From Eledone cirrhosa (lineage: Eukaryota), in contig OZ024743.1 in NCBI GenBank assembly GCA_964016885.1, positions 373,116,001 to 373,180,000 of the forward strand: a stretch of DNA of 64,000 bases, given 5' to 3'. Within the stretch, counting starts at the first letter, position 1, and every line of letters starts with the position of its first letter. Shown here one piece after another: positions 13,819 through 26,360 of this stretch. The translations under genes were made by a program, and so were the position numbers. Below the pieces are notes generated by a model that did not search any database, was not told where the DNA came from, and saw only the letters and a program-made list of their open reading frames with translations.

Positions 13819-16146
13819 TTATACTTCTCTTAGGTCAGTGTTGTTTGTTTGGGTGTTGTTGTTGTTCCACTCATTCTTTCTGTTTAGCTTTGGTCTTCTA
13901 ATTTCTATTTCACTGGCCTCTCTGATTTGCCTATCTGCTGGGTCATTCCTATGTTTAGATATTATTCTAATTTCTATGTTGTCTATGTTACCGTCATGAT
14001 GTTGTCTAGCATGTTCGTATAGTACTGACCCGTTTTTTCGTCCTTTTAGTTCCCCCCAGTGTTGGTCTATCCTTTCACCTATGCTACGAGCTGTCTCACC
14101 TATGTATGTTGTTGTCGTGTTTCTGCAAGTACCCTCTGTACATCTTATGCTATAGACTACGTTTCTAGTTTTACAGTTTATCCGGGGGTTCACCTTACAT
14201 ATGATACATTTCCTATTGGTACAGTGGGTTTTCTTAAAAGGGTAGGTTTTGCTGATCAGGGATTTTATGGTGGTTCCTGGCTTTTCTACCACCTTTATTT
14301 TTAAGTGGGTCTTTCTCAGGGCCTTTCTACACTGGTTAGCTAATTTCCCTCCAGGGGTGGCGTCCACAAACATGACACTCTGATATCTCTGGTTGTCGTA
14401 CCATGATGTGGCCTTCCCTATCTTATGTCTAGCCCTATCTAAGCTATTCCATGATTTGCTCCTGTATAGTGGGCAAATTCCTTTCATGTCCAGTTCTATG
14501 AGGGTCTTATACTTTTCCATGGCTCCTTCGTATACTCTGACTCTGTCTCTTTGGTTGTAGCCAGAGAACTGCATGCGGTTGATGAAGTGTTGGATGTGTC
14601 CTTCCATTTCTGTTGGGTCGCACATGCTGGACACATTCTTCATCACTCGTACCAAATCTGCGATCAGAATATTAAACTTAGCACTACTGGACATTGCTGA
14701 GTTTTTGAGTATCAGGTATTTGGAGGCCATGGGTTTAGCATAGTGTGAGTGGAGAATTTGGGCTCTCTCGTCTATAGTGTTAATCCAGAGTTCTGTGTCT
14801 AATACAGGTAGTCTATTGTTAGGGTGTTTGGAAGGGAAGTCTATAGTTACAGTTATACTCTGGTGTATGGAATTAGCTATCTGCTGGATGCTTTCCATCG
14901 TGCTACGTTCTAAATCAAACTTGTTAGTGCTGTCTAGTGGGGGTGTTCTTATAACTATATTGATATCGTCTACATAACGAGAGTACATGATGAGGTCTAT
15001 GGAGCTTTCATTAAGGAGATCTTTAAGTCTCCTTTCCCACCATACCATGAAAAGGTTGGCAACATCGCCAGCTATGCTGACGCCGATGGCTGCTCCCTCA
15101 TTTTGGGTGTAGATTTTCTCATTGAACTTAAATATGTGGCCCTTTAGGGTAGTTTTGATACTAGCCCCTATTGCATGTGCGACCATTTTTCTTACCTGAT
15201 CAGTGTTTTGGGGGGTCCGTATAGCTTTGGTCCACCCAATCCACCTTCCTATGGGAGTCTTTTTAGCCATTGAGGTTATGGTGGGGGGTCTACCTCTTAT
15301 AGGTCTACTAGGGCAGAAACATCTAAGGTCATGGCTGTCTAGGTAGTCAGTGTCGTAGGTAAGTCTAAGTAGGAGGCCCAGTTCGTCTGTGTCGACGTCG
15401 CAGAACTCCACCTCACTCTCAATGATCATCTCCACACATCTTTTCACAGCAAAATCAATGTTAATGGATGGGTACAGTGACACCACATCCATGCTGCCTA
15501 TTATGCAGTTGGATAGGCTCCTGTTTTTGTTGCACTCACTGATTCTGCTGAGGAGGTCCTCTGTACTTTCACATACATCTGGGGACATCTTGATTATGGG
15601 GCGTATAACCATTGAGAGGAAGTAGGAGATCCTGTAGTTGCTAGCTATATTAGCTCCGCATACAGGTCTTGTTGGTGGTCCTATTGTCGGGTCGTCGACT
15701 GTCTTGTGGTCTTTGCGGAGCCCATACAAGGGTGGTATGCCATTGTTAGACGCCTGGAAGTTGTTGGCAGTGCGTCTGCTTGGCTTTAGGATGTCAGTCC
15801 ACATCATCATGTGAGCGTTGAGGATTTTTTCTCTCCCATCGTGTGTTAGTTGTGCAACTTCGCTCGTGTTGGTGATGTGGGGTTGCATTGCCTCGATGTA
15901 GTTCGGCATGCTATCTATTGACATCCTACCAGACTTATCTGTGGGTAGACACACTACCTCACCATCCCTTGTGCGCTGCTTGAGGCTAACCAAGCCTTCT
16001 ACAGGTTTTATCCCAAGTTGTTGGGCCTCTGGTCTGCTCTGTCTCATAGTGTACCTGTCTACTACTTGTCTAATCTTATTTCTAGCTATGGTGAACTGTG
16101 CCTCCGTCTCGTCATCTATTTTAAATAGATGACGAGACGGAGGCAC
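13819..16146 (-). CDS. PLE RT + C-terminal GIY-YIG endonuclease (5'-truncated; the first 8 or so codons come from the opposite arm)
   Basis: PTDKSGR, LYGLRKDHK, SMDVVSLYPS, GAAIG, YSRYVDD, LPVLD, Cys-rich linker, VVYSIRC...YIGETAR...H...H...REA...LN. Confidence 0.88.
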   Translation of the reverse strand: MPPSRHLFKIDDETEAQFTIARNKIRQVVDRYTMRQSRPEAQQLGIKPVEGLVSLKQRTRDGEVVCLPTDKSGRMSIDSMPNYIEAMQPHITNTSEVAQLTHDGREKILNAHMMMWTDILKPSRRTANNFQASNNGIPPLYGLRKDHKTVDDPTIGPPTRPVCGANIASNYRISYFLSMVIRPIIKMSPDVCESTEDLLSRISECNKNRSLSNCIIGSMDVVSLYPSINIDFAVKRCVEMIIESEVEFCDVDTDELGLLLRLTYDTDYLDSHDLRCFCPSRPIRGRPPTITSMAKKTPIGRWIGWTKAIRTPQNTDQVRKMVAHAIGASIKTTLKGHIFKFNEKIYTQNEGAAIGVSIAGDVANLFMVWWERRLKDLLNESSIDLIMYSRYVDDINIVIRTPPLDSTNKFDLERSTMESIQQIANSIHQSITVTIDFPSKHPNNRLPVLDTELWINTIDERAQILHSHYAKPMASKYLILKNSAMSSSAKFNILIADLVRVMKNVSSMCDPTEMEGHIQHFINRMQFSGYNQRDRVRVYEGAMEKYKTLIELDMKGICPLYRSKSWNSLDRARHKIGKATSWYDNQRYQSVMFVDATPGGKLANQCRKALRKTHLKIKVVEKPGTTIKSLISKTYPFKKTHCTNRKCIICKVNPRINCKTRNVVYSIRCTEGTCRNTTTTYIGETARSIGERIDQHWGELKGRKNGSVLYEHARQHHDGNIDNIEIRIISKHRNDPADRQIREASEIEIRRPKLNRKNEWNNNNTQTNNTDLREV

Positions 16147-16196
16147 AGTTCACCATAGCTAGAAATAAGATTAGACAAGTAGTAGACAGGTACACT

Positions 16197-18425
16197 ATGA
16201 GACAGAGCAGACCAGAGGCCCAACAACTTGGGATAAAACCTGTAGAAGGCTTGGTTAGCCTCAAGCAGCGCACAAGGGATGGTGAGGTAGTGTGTCTACC
16301 CACAGATAAGTCTGGTAGGATGTCAATAGATAGCATGCCGAACTACATCGAGGCAATGCAACCCCACATCACCAACACGAGCGAAGTTGCACAACTAACA
16401 CACGATGGGAGAGAAAAAATCCTCAACGCTCACATGATGATGTGGACTGACATCCTAAAGCCAAGCAGACGCACTGCCAACAACTTCCAGGCGTCTAACA
16501 ATGGCATACCACCCTTGTATGGGCTCCGCAAAGACCACAAGACAGTCGACGACCCGACAATAGGACCACCAACAAGACCTGTATGCGGAGCTAATATAGC
16601 TAGCAACTACAGGATCTCCTACTTCCTCTCAATGGTTATACGCCCCATAATCAAGATGTCCCCAGATGTATGTGAAAGTACAGAGGACCTCCTCAGCAGA
16701 ATCAGTGAGTGCAACAAAAACAGGAGCCTATCCAACTGCATAATAGGCAGCATGGATGTGGTGTCACTGTACCCATCCATTAACATTGATTTTGCTGTGA
16801 AAAGATGTGTGGAGATGATCATTGAGAGTGAGGTGGAGTTCTGCGACGTCGACACAGACGAACTGGGCCTCCTACTTAGACTTACCTACGACACTGACTA
16901 CCTAGACAGCCATGACCTTAGATGTTTCTGCCCTAGTAGACCTATAAGAGGTAGACCCCCCACCATAACCTCAATGGCTAAAAAGACTCCCATAGGAAGG
17001 TGGATTGGGTGGACCAAAGCTATACGGACCCCCCAAAACACTGATCAGGTAAGAAAAATGGTCGCACATGCAATAGGGGCTAGTATCAAAACTACCCTAA
17101 AGGGCCACATATTTAAGTTCAATGAGAAAATCTACACCCAAAATGAGGGAGCAGCCATCGGCGTCAGCATAGCTGGCGATGTTGCCAACCTTTTCATGGT
17201 ATGGTGGGAAAGGAGACTTAAAGATCTCCTTAATGAAAGCTCCATAGACCTCATCATGTACTCTCGTTATGTAGACGATATCAATATAGTTATAAGAACA
17301 CCCCCACTAGACAGCACTAACAAGTTTGATTTAGAACGTAGCACGATGGAAAGCATCCAGCAGATAGCTAATTCCATACACCAGAGTATAACTGTAACTA
17401 TAGACTTCCCTTCCAAACACCCTAACAATAGACTACCTGTATTAGACACAGAACTCTGGATTAACACTATAGACGAGAGAGCCCAAATTCTCCACTCACA
17501 CTATGCTAAACCCATGGCCTCCAAATACCTGATACTCAAAAACTCAGCAATGTCCAGTAGTGCTAAGTTTAATATTCTGATCGCAGATTTGGTACGAGTG
17601 ATGAAGAATGTGTCCAGCATGTGCGACCCAACAGAAATGGAAGGACACATCCAACACTTCATCAACCGCATGCAGTTCTCTGGCTACAACCAAAGAGACA
17701 GAGTCAGAGTATACGAAGGAGCCATGGAAAAGTATAAGACCCTCATAGAACTGGACATGAAAGGAATTTGCCCACTATACAGGAGCAAATCATGGAATAG
17801 CTTAGATAGGGCTAGACATAAGATAGGGAAGGCCACATCATGGTACGACAACCAGAGATATCAGAGTGTCATGTTTGTGGACGCCACCCCTGGAGGGAAA
17901 TTAGCTAACCAGTGTAGAAAGGCCCTGAGAAAGACCCACTTAAAAATAAAGGTGGTAGAAAAGCCAGGAACCACCATAAAATCCCTGATCAGCAAAACCT
18001 ACCCTTTTAAGAAAACCCACTGTACCAATAGGAAATGTATCATATGTAAGGTGAACCCCCGGATAAACTGTAAAACTAGAAACGTAGTCTATAGCATAAG
18101 ATGTACAGAGGGTACTTGCAGAAACACGACAACAACATACATAGGTGAGACAGCTCGTAGCATAGGTGAAAGGATAGACCAACACTGGGGGGAACTAAAA
18201 GGACGAAAAAACGGGTCAGTACTATACGAACATGCTAGACAACATCATGACGGTAACATAGACAACATAGAAATTAGAATAATATCTAAACATAGGAATG
18301 ACCCAGCAGATAGGCAAATCAGAGAGGCCAGTGAAATAGAAATTAGAAGACCAAAGCTAAACAGAAAGAATGAGTGGAACAACAACAACACCCAAACAAA
18401 CAACACTGACCTAAGAGAAGTATAA
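16197..18425 (+). CDS. PLE RT + C-terminal GIY-YIG endonuclease (mirror copy)
   Basis: Same protein as the minus-strand copy; frame is open back to the TAA formed at the palindrome centre (16122-16124). Confidence 0.88.
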   Translation: MRQSRPEAQQLGIKPVEGLVSLKQRTRDGEVVCLPTDKSGRMSIDSMPNYIEAMQPHITNTSEVAQLTHDGREKILNAHMMMWTDILKPSRRTANNFQASNNGIPPLYGLRKDHKTVDDPTIGPPTRPVCGANIASNYRISYFLSMVIRPIIKMSPDVCESTEDLLSRISECNKNRSLSNCIIGSMDVVSLYPSINIDFAVKRCVEMIIESEVEFCDVDTDELGLLLRLTYDTDYLDSHDLRCFCPSRPIRGRPPTITSMAKKTPIGRWIGWTKAIRTPQNTDQVRKMVAHAIGASIKTTLKGHIFKFNEKIYTQNEGAAIGVSIAGDVANLFMVWWERRLKDLLNESSIDLIMYSRYVDDINIVIRTPPLDSTNKFDLERSTMESIQQIANSIHQSITVTIDFPSKHPNNRLPVLDTELWINTIDERAQILHSHYAKPMASKYLILKNSAMSSSAKFNILIADLVRVMKNVSSMCDPTEMEGHIQHFINRMQFSGYNQRDRVRVYEGAMEKYKTLIELDMKGICPLYRSKSWNSLDRARHKIGKATSWYDNQRYQSVMFVDATPGGKLANQCRKALRKTHLKIKVVEKPGTTIKSLISKTYPFKKTHCTNRKCIICKVNPRINCKTRNVVYSIRCTEGTCRNTTTTYIGETARSIGERIDQHWGELKGRKNGSVLYEHARQHHDGNIDNIEIRIISKHRNDPADRQIREASEIEIRRPKLNRKNEWNNNNTQTNNTDLREV

Positions 18426-18700
18426 ATAAATAAGTAAATTAAATTAAATAAAATAAGATAAATAAATACATACACAAGCACATAAACACACACTAGTCAC
18501 CCAGCAGACAACACTATACACACTAGTCACACATCACACATCACACATAACACTATACACACACGCAAACGCATGCGCAAAGAAGACAAAATAAAATAAG
18601 ATAAACAAACAAGCAAATAAATAAATAAATATATAGACAGACTGAACAAAAAAAAATGGCGTAGACATACAACACAACAGGAGGAACAATGAATATAACA

Positions 18701-18740
18701 CCACTGACGATGTTGCAGATGTGCAACGAAAGATTTATGT
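18701..18740 (+). ncRNA. Hammerhead-like motif in the PLE 3' UTR (mirror copy at 13504-13543)
   Basis: CTGACGA T GTTGCA gatg TGCAAC GAAA GATT TA; core and stem II good, stem I only 2 bp. Confidence 0.5.
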
Positions 18741-18948
18741 AAACTATATATATATGTGTTTGTCTATATTGTATCTGTATTATTTTTGACCGCCGGTCAG
18801 TCAATGGCAACATTGAGGACCGAGTAAGCTAGATCGCAGATATATATATATAAAAGACAGCGAGAAGCGAAAACCAACCAAACAGTGAGTGTGTTCTGTT
18901 ATTAATTCTGGCAATATTACGCAAATATGACCCTCCCCAAATATAACA

Positions 18949-18980
<32 letters not shown>

Positions 18981-19108
18981 ATATATATTATTTATATATA
19001 TATATTTATATATATATATATAATTCATATATATATATTTATATATATATATATGTATATATATATATTATTTATATATGTATATTTATATATATATTTA
19101 TATATGTA

Positions 19109-19234
<126 letters not shown>

Positions 19235-19238
19235 TATT

Positions 19239-19275
<37 letters not shown>

Positions 19276-19303
19276 CTAAACTAATTCATCGCCGCTATAT
19301 ATA

Positions 19304-19350
<47 letters not shown>

Positions 19351-19354
19351 ATAT

Positions 19355-19400
<46 letters not shown>

Positions 19401-19424
19401 TATTTTTCAACTTATATATATATT

Positions 19425-19523
<99 letters not shown>

Positions 19524-19526
19524 ATT

Positions 19527-19643
<117 letters not shown>

Positions 19644-19672
19644 ATATATATACATATATATATTTATATATA

Positions 19673-19711
<39 letters not shown>

Positions 19712-19713
<2 letters not shown>

Positions 19714-22142
19714 TCTTTTACACTATTACTCTTTTACCTGTTTCAGCCATCCGGCTGAGGCCATGCTGGGGCACCGCCCTTGTTGCTACACATTTTATCT
19801 CCAGCCTGTATAGGTTGGCCACTGGTGTAGGAGGGAGTTTGTTGCTGCTGCCCTTAGGTTTCCCTCGTGTCTTGCTGTGGGCTCATCCGGGATCCTGGAT
19901 AACAAGGTGTCGAGATGTTTCTTAAAGACATCCACCTCCACGTCATGGAAGTCTCTCAGATGCCTCGGCAGCCTGTTGAAGAGTTGAGGGCCCCTGAATC
20001 CCAGGCTATTGCAATACCTGCTCCTTATTCTAGATGTGGAAGACGGGACCTTTGGCACCACACAGTGACGTCCTGTTCGACGGTTGGTCCAGCTCCCAAT
20101 CCCAAAGTTTGGTGCTAGTCCCTCCAGGATTTTCCACATGTAGATCACTGCGTATCTCTCCCGTCTTCGCTCCAAGGAGTAGAGGTTCAGTTCCTTCAGC
20201 CTCTCCCAGTAGCTTGTCTCCCTCATCTTGGCAATCCTCTTGGTGTAGCTTCGCTGGATTGCCTCAAGCTCCGTGGTTAGTTTGACACTATGGGGTGACC
20301 ACAGCTGGGAGCAGTCGTCCAGGCGGCTTAGGACAAAAGTCCTCCACAGTGTCAACATGGTGTCTCGATCTCTTGTAAGGAAAGTCCTCAAGATCCAGCC
20401 AGCGAATCGTCTACATGCTGTCGCCACCTTCATGATGTGTGAAGAAAAAGATGCATCATCGCTCATGTCTATGCCCAGGTCTCGTATCGATTTTGACACT
20501 GGGATATCGGTCCCTCCTGGTCCTGTGTAGCTGTGTTCCGCTATATTTGTGTTTGTGTTTGCAGGTTTGTATTGTAGGGCTTGGAATTTGCCAGCATTAA
20601 ACTGCATGTTGTTTTCTTCCGCCCATCTGTATATGGCATCCAGATCCTGCTGTAAGAGGGCAGCGTCAGCCGGGTTTTTGATTGCCTGTGCTACCTTAGT
20701 GTCACCAGCATAGCTAGTGAGGGATGTTGTTGCATGCACCACAGAGGGCATGTCCGAGAGAGCCACCAAAAACAGTAGTGGTCCCAGGACTGTCCCCTGA
20801 GGCACCCCACTTGTTATCGGTGTTTCCCTCGGAAGGGCCCCATTTGCTGCGACTGCCTGGCTTCTGTCCCTTAGGAAGCCATGCAGCCACTCACCTACTT
20901 TTCCAGTTATGCCGAGTCCGCCTAGTTTGTGACATATCATTCCGTGGTCGACCTTGTCAAAGGCCTTCGCAAAGTCAAGATATATCACGTCTACATGTGA
21001 GCTGTCTAGTAGTTGTCTCAGTACCCAGTCGTAGTGATGTAGCAGCTGTGTAAGGCAGCTTCTTCCTGGGCGGAAGCCATGTTGCGTGCTAGTCAGGCGG
21101 TCATTTTCTTCGAGGAAAGTGATTAGTTTCTTTCTGACGACTCGCTCCATGACCTTACTGATATGCGACGTCAGGGAGACTGGCCTATAGTTCTTGGCCT
21201 CCGCTCTACTACCTCCTTTATGGATAGGGCATATTCTGCCTTCTTTCAGCTCCCTGGGTAGTACACCGCTAGCCAAGGAGCTTCTGAAGAGCATCTTCAG
21301 TGGAGTTGCTAAGGCCCGCTTACATGTTTTTAGGAGAACTGCTGGGAATCCATCAGGTCCAGCATCCGAGTCTGTTCTAATTTCATCAATGGCGTACACC
21401 ACATCCTCCTCCATTATGTCTATGTGGTTGATGGTTGCCATTTCTTGATGTAGTGTTGTGTCATCAAAGAACTCCTCTGGCTTCGTTATTTGCATGTGCC
21501 TCAGTGGACATGTGAAGACACTTTTGTACTGTTCGTTCAGTATTTCACATATCTCTTGGGGATTTTCGGTTAATGAACCGTCCGTGTGGAAGAGTGGTCC
21601 AATCTTGCAGTGTACTGAGGCAGTTTCTTTTGCAAATTTAAAGAAGGCCTTAGGGTTTGTTTTAATGTTTTCTATGGCCCTGTTCTCTTTCCTTGCCCTC
21701 TCATTCTCATGTGAAAGCTTGAGTGCAATCTCGGTGTCAAGTAGTGCACGTTTCAAATAGGATTCCTTCTTGTTTTGTTGACTATTCAACTGGTTTGAGA
21801 GTTTAGTTCTACGTCTCATAAGGATTTTCCTATCTCTGGGAATAAGATTTTTGTGTCTGTTTGCCTCTTTCTCCGGGACACACTTTTTGCATATGGTGTG
21901 TATCGTTGTCATGAAGTGTTGAAATTGTGTGTTAGTGTCTTGTGTGGCGATGTTTGCACTCCATGTTTGCTTCCGGATTTCACTCTTAATCTTCTTCCAG
22001 TCAGCCCCGTAGAAGTTAAGGCTGGATAGCGTCCCGGAGCTTCTTGGTGGTTTTGTCTCTGTTGGTTCTCTTGGACCACATATCATTAGCTCCACCAAGT
22101 TATGATCCGAGAGAATTGTTGGTGTCACCTTTACATTGTGGA
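19712..22142 (-). mobile_element. CR1-clade LINE, 5'-truncated
   Basis: RT ORF; short 3' UTR GGCGGTGCCCCAGCATGGCC...GGCTGAAACAGGTAAAAGAG; (TA)n on both sides. Confidence 0.85.
19795..22128 (-). CDS. CR1-type ORF2 (end of endonuclease + RT); catalytic YADD changed to YAGD
   Basis: [73 protein letters not shown]. Confidence 0.85.
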   Translation of the reverse strand: MTPTILSDHNLVELMICGPREPTETKPPRSSGTLSSLNFYGADWKKIKSEIRKQTWSANIATQDTNTQFQHFMTTIHTICKKCVPEKEANRHKNLIPRDRKILMRRRTKLSNQLNSQQNKKESYLKRALLDTEIALKLSHENERARKENRAIENIKTNPKAFFKFAKETASVHCKIGPLFHTDGSLTENPQEICEILNEQYKSVFTCPLRHMQITKPEEFFDDTTLHQEMATINHIDIMEEDVVYAIDEIRTDSDAGPDGFPAVLLKTCKRALATPLKMLFRSSLASGVLPRELKEGRICPIHKGGSRAEAKNYRPVSLTSHISKVMERVVRKKLITFLEENDRLTSTQHGFRPGRSCLTQLLHHYDWVLRQLLDSSHVDVIYLDFAKAFDKVDHGMICHKLGGLGITGKVGEWLHGFLRDRSQAVAANGALPRETPITSGVPQGTVLGPLLFLVALSDMPSVVHATTSLTSYAGDTKVAQAIKNPADAALLQQDLDAIYRWAEENNMQFNAGKFQALQYKPANTNTNIAEHSYTGPGGTDIPVSKSIRDLGIDMSDDASFSSHIMKVATACRRFAGWILRTFLTRDRDTMLTLWRTFVLSRLDDCSQLWSPHSVKLTTELEAIQRSYTKRIAKMRETSYWERLKELNLYSLERRRERYAVIYMWKILEGLAPNFGIGSWTNRRTGRHCVVPKVPSSTSRIRSRYCNSLGFRGPQLFNRLPRHLRDFHDVEVDVFKKHLDTLLSRIPDEPTARHEGNLRAAATNSLLHQWPTYTGWR

Positions 22143-22402
22143 TATATATATATATTTATATATATATATTTATATATATATTTATATATATATTTATATA
22201 TATATTTATATATATATATTTATATATATATTTATATATATATATTTATATATATATATTTATATATATATATTTATATATATATATTTATATATATATA
22301 TTTATATATATATATTTATATATATATATTTATATATATATATATTTATATATATATATTTATATATATATATTTATATATATAAATTTATATATATAAA
22401 TT

Positions 22403-22525
<123 letters not shown>

Positions 22526-22553
22526 GATATAGATATATATATATATAATTATA

Positions 22554-22700
<147 letters not shown>

Positions 22701-22711
22701 ATAAATATATT

Positions 22712-22777
<66 letters not shown>

Positions 22778-22783
22778 TATATA

Positions 22784-22867
<84 letters not shown>

Positions 22868-22949
22868 TATATATATATATTTATATATATATATTTATAT
22901 ATTTATATATATATATTTATATATATATATATTTATATATATATATATT

Positions 22950-23022
<73 letters not shown>

Positions 23023-23040
23023 ATGATATATATATATATT

Positions 23041-23090
<50 letters not shown>

Positions 23091-23108
23091 AATATATATA
23101 TGTATATT

Positions 23109-23143
<35 letters not shown>

Positions 23144-23146
23144 ATT

Positions 23147-23177
<31 letters not shown>

Positions 23178-23180
23178 ATA

Positions 23181-23211
<31 letters not shown>

Positions 23212-23285
23212 TTATTTATATATATATATATAAATATTTATTTATATTTATATATATTTATATTTATATATATATATATATATAT

Positions 23286-25361
23286 GTCAGATAAATCTAC
23301 CAAGAGTTTACGGTAGTGTCCAATCCGTATGAAGAACTCAATGTATTCCGGATATCATGGAAAGAAGAAATGTAATGAAAAATCACTTTCGGTGAGAGAT
23401 AAACGGTATACAGAGTCAAGATAAAATATTAAACAAATAATGAATAAACAATTCCTTATATTAAACAAAAAAAAGTTCATTATTTAACGATCGTTTCTAG
23501 GATATATATGTGTTAGAGTTGGCATGCATATTCAACAGATCTATGTACAAAATTATACAAAATTATACAAACTATCAAGATTAAATATACATACCAACAC
23601 ATATATACGCCGTCTTCAGAAATAATGAAATATATTTATTGATAATAACAACAATTCAAACTTTCAGGTCCGTTTGGGAACAAAATTGTCCAATGAAAAT
23701 ACAAAAGGTTTAATGCCGTTCGGTGTGTGTATATACATGTAATAACCCTTACACATATTTTACAAAAATGTATGCACAACCTGTATACTCATACAAAAAG
23801 GATGGATGCAAATACAAAATTTCAAGGTTAATGTCTCTGTAAGTTTATAATGCACAGATAAGATGCGTATAGATACATAAATATGAAATAAATGTATACA
23901 CATATTTTCATACTAACACATATCCATACAATCACACATACACGCGCGTATATGCATAAACATACACATAAACTACAAACATATAAACACACACACACCA
24001 CCACTCACATATATATATGTGGATATAAAATCCTAAGCACATGGATATTAATTCACTCACATAAACACTGGCACACACATTTAGATAAAGATACAGAAAT
24101 TAGGTGGGAGGGGGGGGGGGGGAGGTCAGTATTCAACGGTTTGGGCTGCCTGCTTAATATAGATGTATCTATAAACTAAGAAAATAAAAAATAATAATAA
24201 ATAATAAATAAACATTAAAAAGGAAAGAGAAGAAAAGAAAAAGAAGAAAAAGAAGAAAAAAAGAAAAAAGAAAAAGAAATATATCAAGAAAATATATATA
24301 TATATATATACATATATATATCCATACATATATATATATCTATATATATATATACATACACATATATACATACATACACATACATACATACACACACACA
24401 CATATACATATACACATACACATATACAAACACATACATACATATACACACATCCCCACTTAGAACATAACATACACACACATATATAAACATATACATA
24501 TACACACATAGATACAAATACACACATACTTTTTTCTTTTTTCTTTTTCTTCTCTTTCCTTTTTAATGTTTATTTATTATTTATTATTATTTTTTATTTT
24601 CTTAGTTTATAGATACATCTATATTAAGCAGGCAGCCCAAACCGTTGAATACTGACCTCTCCCCCCCCCCCCCCCTCCCACCTAATTTCTGTATCTTTAT
24701 CTAAATGTGTGTGCCAGTGTTTATGTGAGTGAATTAATATCCATGTGCTTAGGATTTTATATCCACATATATATATGTGAGTGGTGGTGTGTGTGTGTTT
24801 ATATGTTTGTAGTTTATGTGTATGTTTATGCATATACGCGCGTGTATGTGTGATTGTATGGATATGTGTTCAGTATGAAAATATGTGTATACATTTATTT
24901 CATATTTATGTATCTATACGCATCTTATCTGTGCATTATAAACTTACAGAGACATTAACCTTGAAATTTTGTATTTGCATCCATCCTTTTTGTATGAGTA
25001 TACAGGTTGTGCATACATTTTTGTAAAATATGTGTAAGGGTTATTACATGTATATACACACACCGAACGGCATTAAACCTTTTGTATTTTCATTGGACAA
25101 TTTTGTTCCCAAACGGACCTGAAAGTTTGAATTGTTGTTATTATCAATAAATATATTTCATTATTTCTGAAGACGGCGTATATATGTGTTGGTATGTATA
25201 TTTAATCTTGATAGTTTGTATAATTTTGTATAATTTTGTACATAGATCTGTTGAATATGCATGCCAACTCTAACACATATATATCCTAGAAACGATCGTT
25301 AAATAATGAACTTTTTTTGTTTAATATAAGGAATTGTTTATTCATTATTTGTTTAATATTT

Positions 25362-25364
<3 letters not shown>
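23286..25364. mobile_element. Non-coding inverted-repeat element (arms about 23421-24250 and 24530-25364, microsatellite spacer, 135-bp left tail); PLE pseudo-LTR-like
   Basis: Arms are reverse complements, each with a hammerhead; flanked by (TA)n. Confidence 0.75.
25157..25310 (+). ncRNA. Type I hammerhead with a stem II region of about 115 nt (mirror copy 23476-23629, minus)
   Basis: TTCATTATTT CTGAAGA ...TATATATGTGTTGG...CTAACACATATATA... GAAA CGATCG TT AAATAATGAA; perfect 10-bp stem I, palindromic ACGATCGT. Confidence 0.75.
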
Positions 25365-25438
<74 letters not shown>

Positions 25439-25451
25439 ATATGTTTATATT

Positions 25452-25504
<53 letters not shown>

Positions 25505-25527
25505 ATTTTTATATATATATATTTATC

Positions 25528-25871
25528 AGTAATACAGGGTACCCGACCTCCCATGGGTACATGCTGAAGCATATAAACAATATGCCCCCCCCCCCCCCAC
25601 CGCAAGGTGGTCGTGGAGGTGCCACGGCAAAAAAGCACCCAGCCCACACTGTAAAGTGGACGTGTAGGCGCCACGAAAAAGCACCCAGCACTCACTGTAA
25701 ATGAGGTTGGTGTTAGGAAGGGCATCCAGCTGTAGAAATCAAGCCAGATCAGTTCCTGTATGAGCAAGGCATGGTCAGCCGACCAGACACTGCCCACAAC
25801 AGGACAACCCGTCTAACCCATGCTAGCGTGGAAGAACGGACGTAAAACGGTGATGATGATGATGATGATGA
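25528..25871 (+). mobile_element. RTE family B 3' fragment with (GAT)n tail
   Basis: Matches 45840-46177. Confidence 0.85.
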
Positions 25872-25873
25872 TT

Positions 25874-25974
<101 letters not shown>

Positions 25975-25989
25975 ATATATTTATATATT

Positions 25990-26038
<49 letters not shown>

Positions 26039-26039
26039 T

Positions 26040-26073
<34 letters not shown>

Positions 26074-26090
26074 TAGATATATATATATAT

Positions 26091-26260
26091 TTACGATATT
26101 AAATAAATGGAAACTATATTTATAAAACCATATCTATTTCATTATATATATTTCAGGGATATCATATTAAAAATATGGTATGCCTTCATCAGACAAATGC
26201 CTATATCTGTTATAAATATTTACTCGTTGTAACCCAACAATTTAAATAAAACTTTGCATA
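26091..26260 (-). mobile_element. Rearranged fragment of the Hydra-like PLE pseudo-LTR containing its hammerhead (about 26130-26197)
   Basis: 26091-26197 matches 5535-5641 (core CTGATGA here); 26209-26260 is the inverse of 5447-5498. Confidence 0.75.
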
Positions 26261-26360
26261 ATATATATTTAGATATATATATATATTTAGATATATATAT
26301 ATATTTATATATATATATATATTTAGATATATATATATATTTATATATATATATATATAT

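Larger units (their letters stand above)
13237..18952. mobile_element. Penelope-like element as a head-to-head palindrome (2830-bp arms, 1-nt centre at 16122) with a 55-bp tail on the left
   Basis: 13292-16121 is the reverse complement of 16123-18952; identical translated ORFs; (TA)n flanks. Confidence 0.92.
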
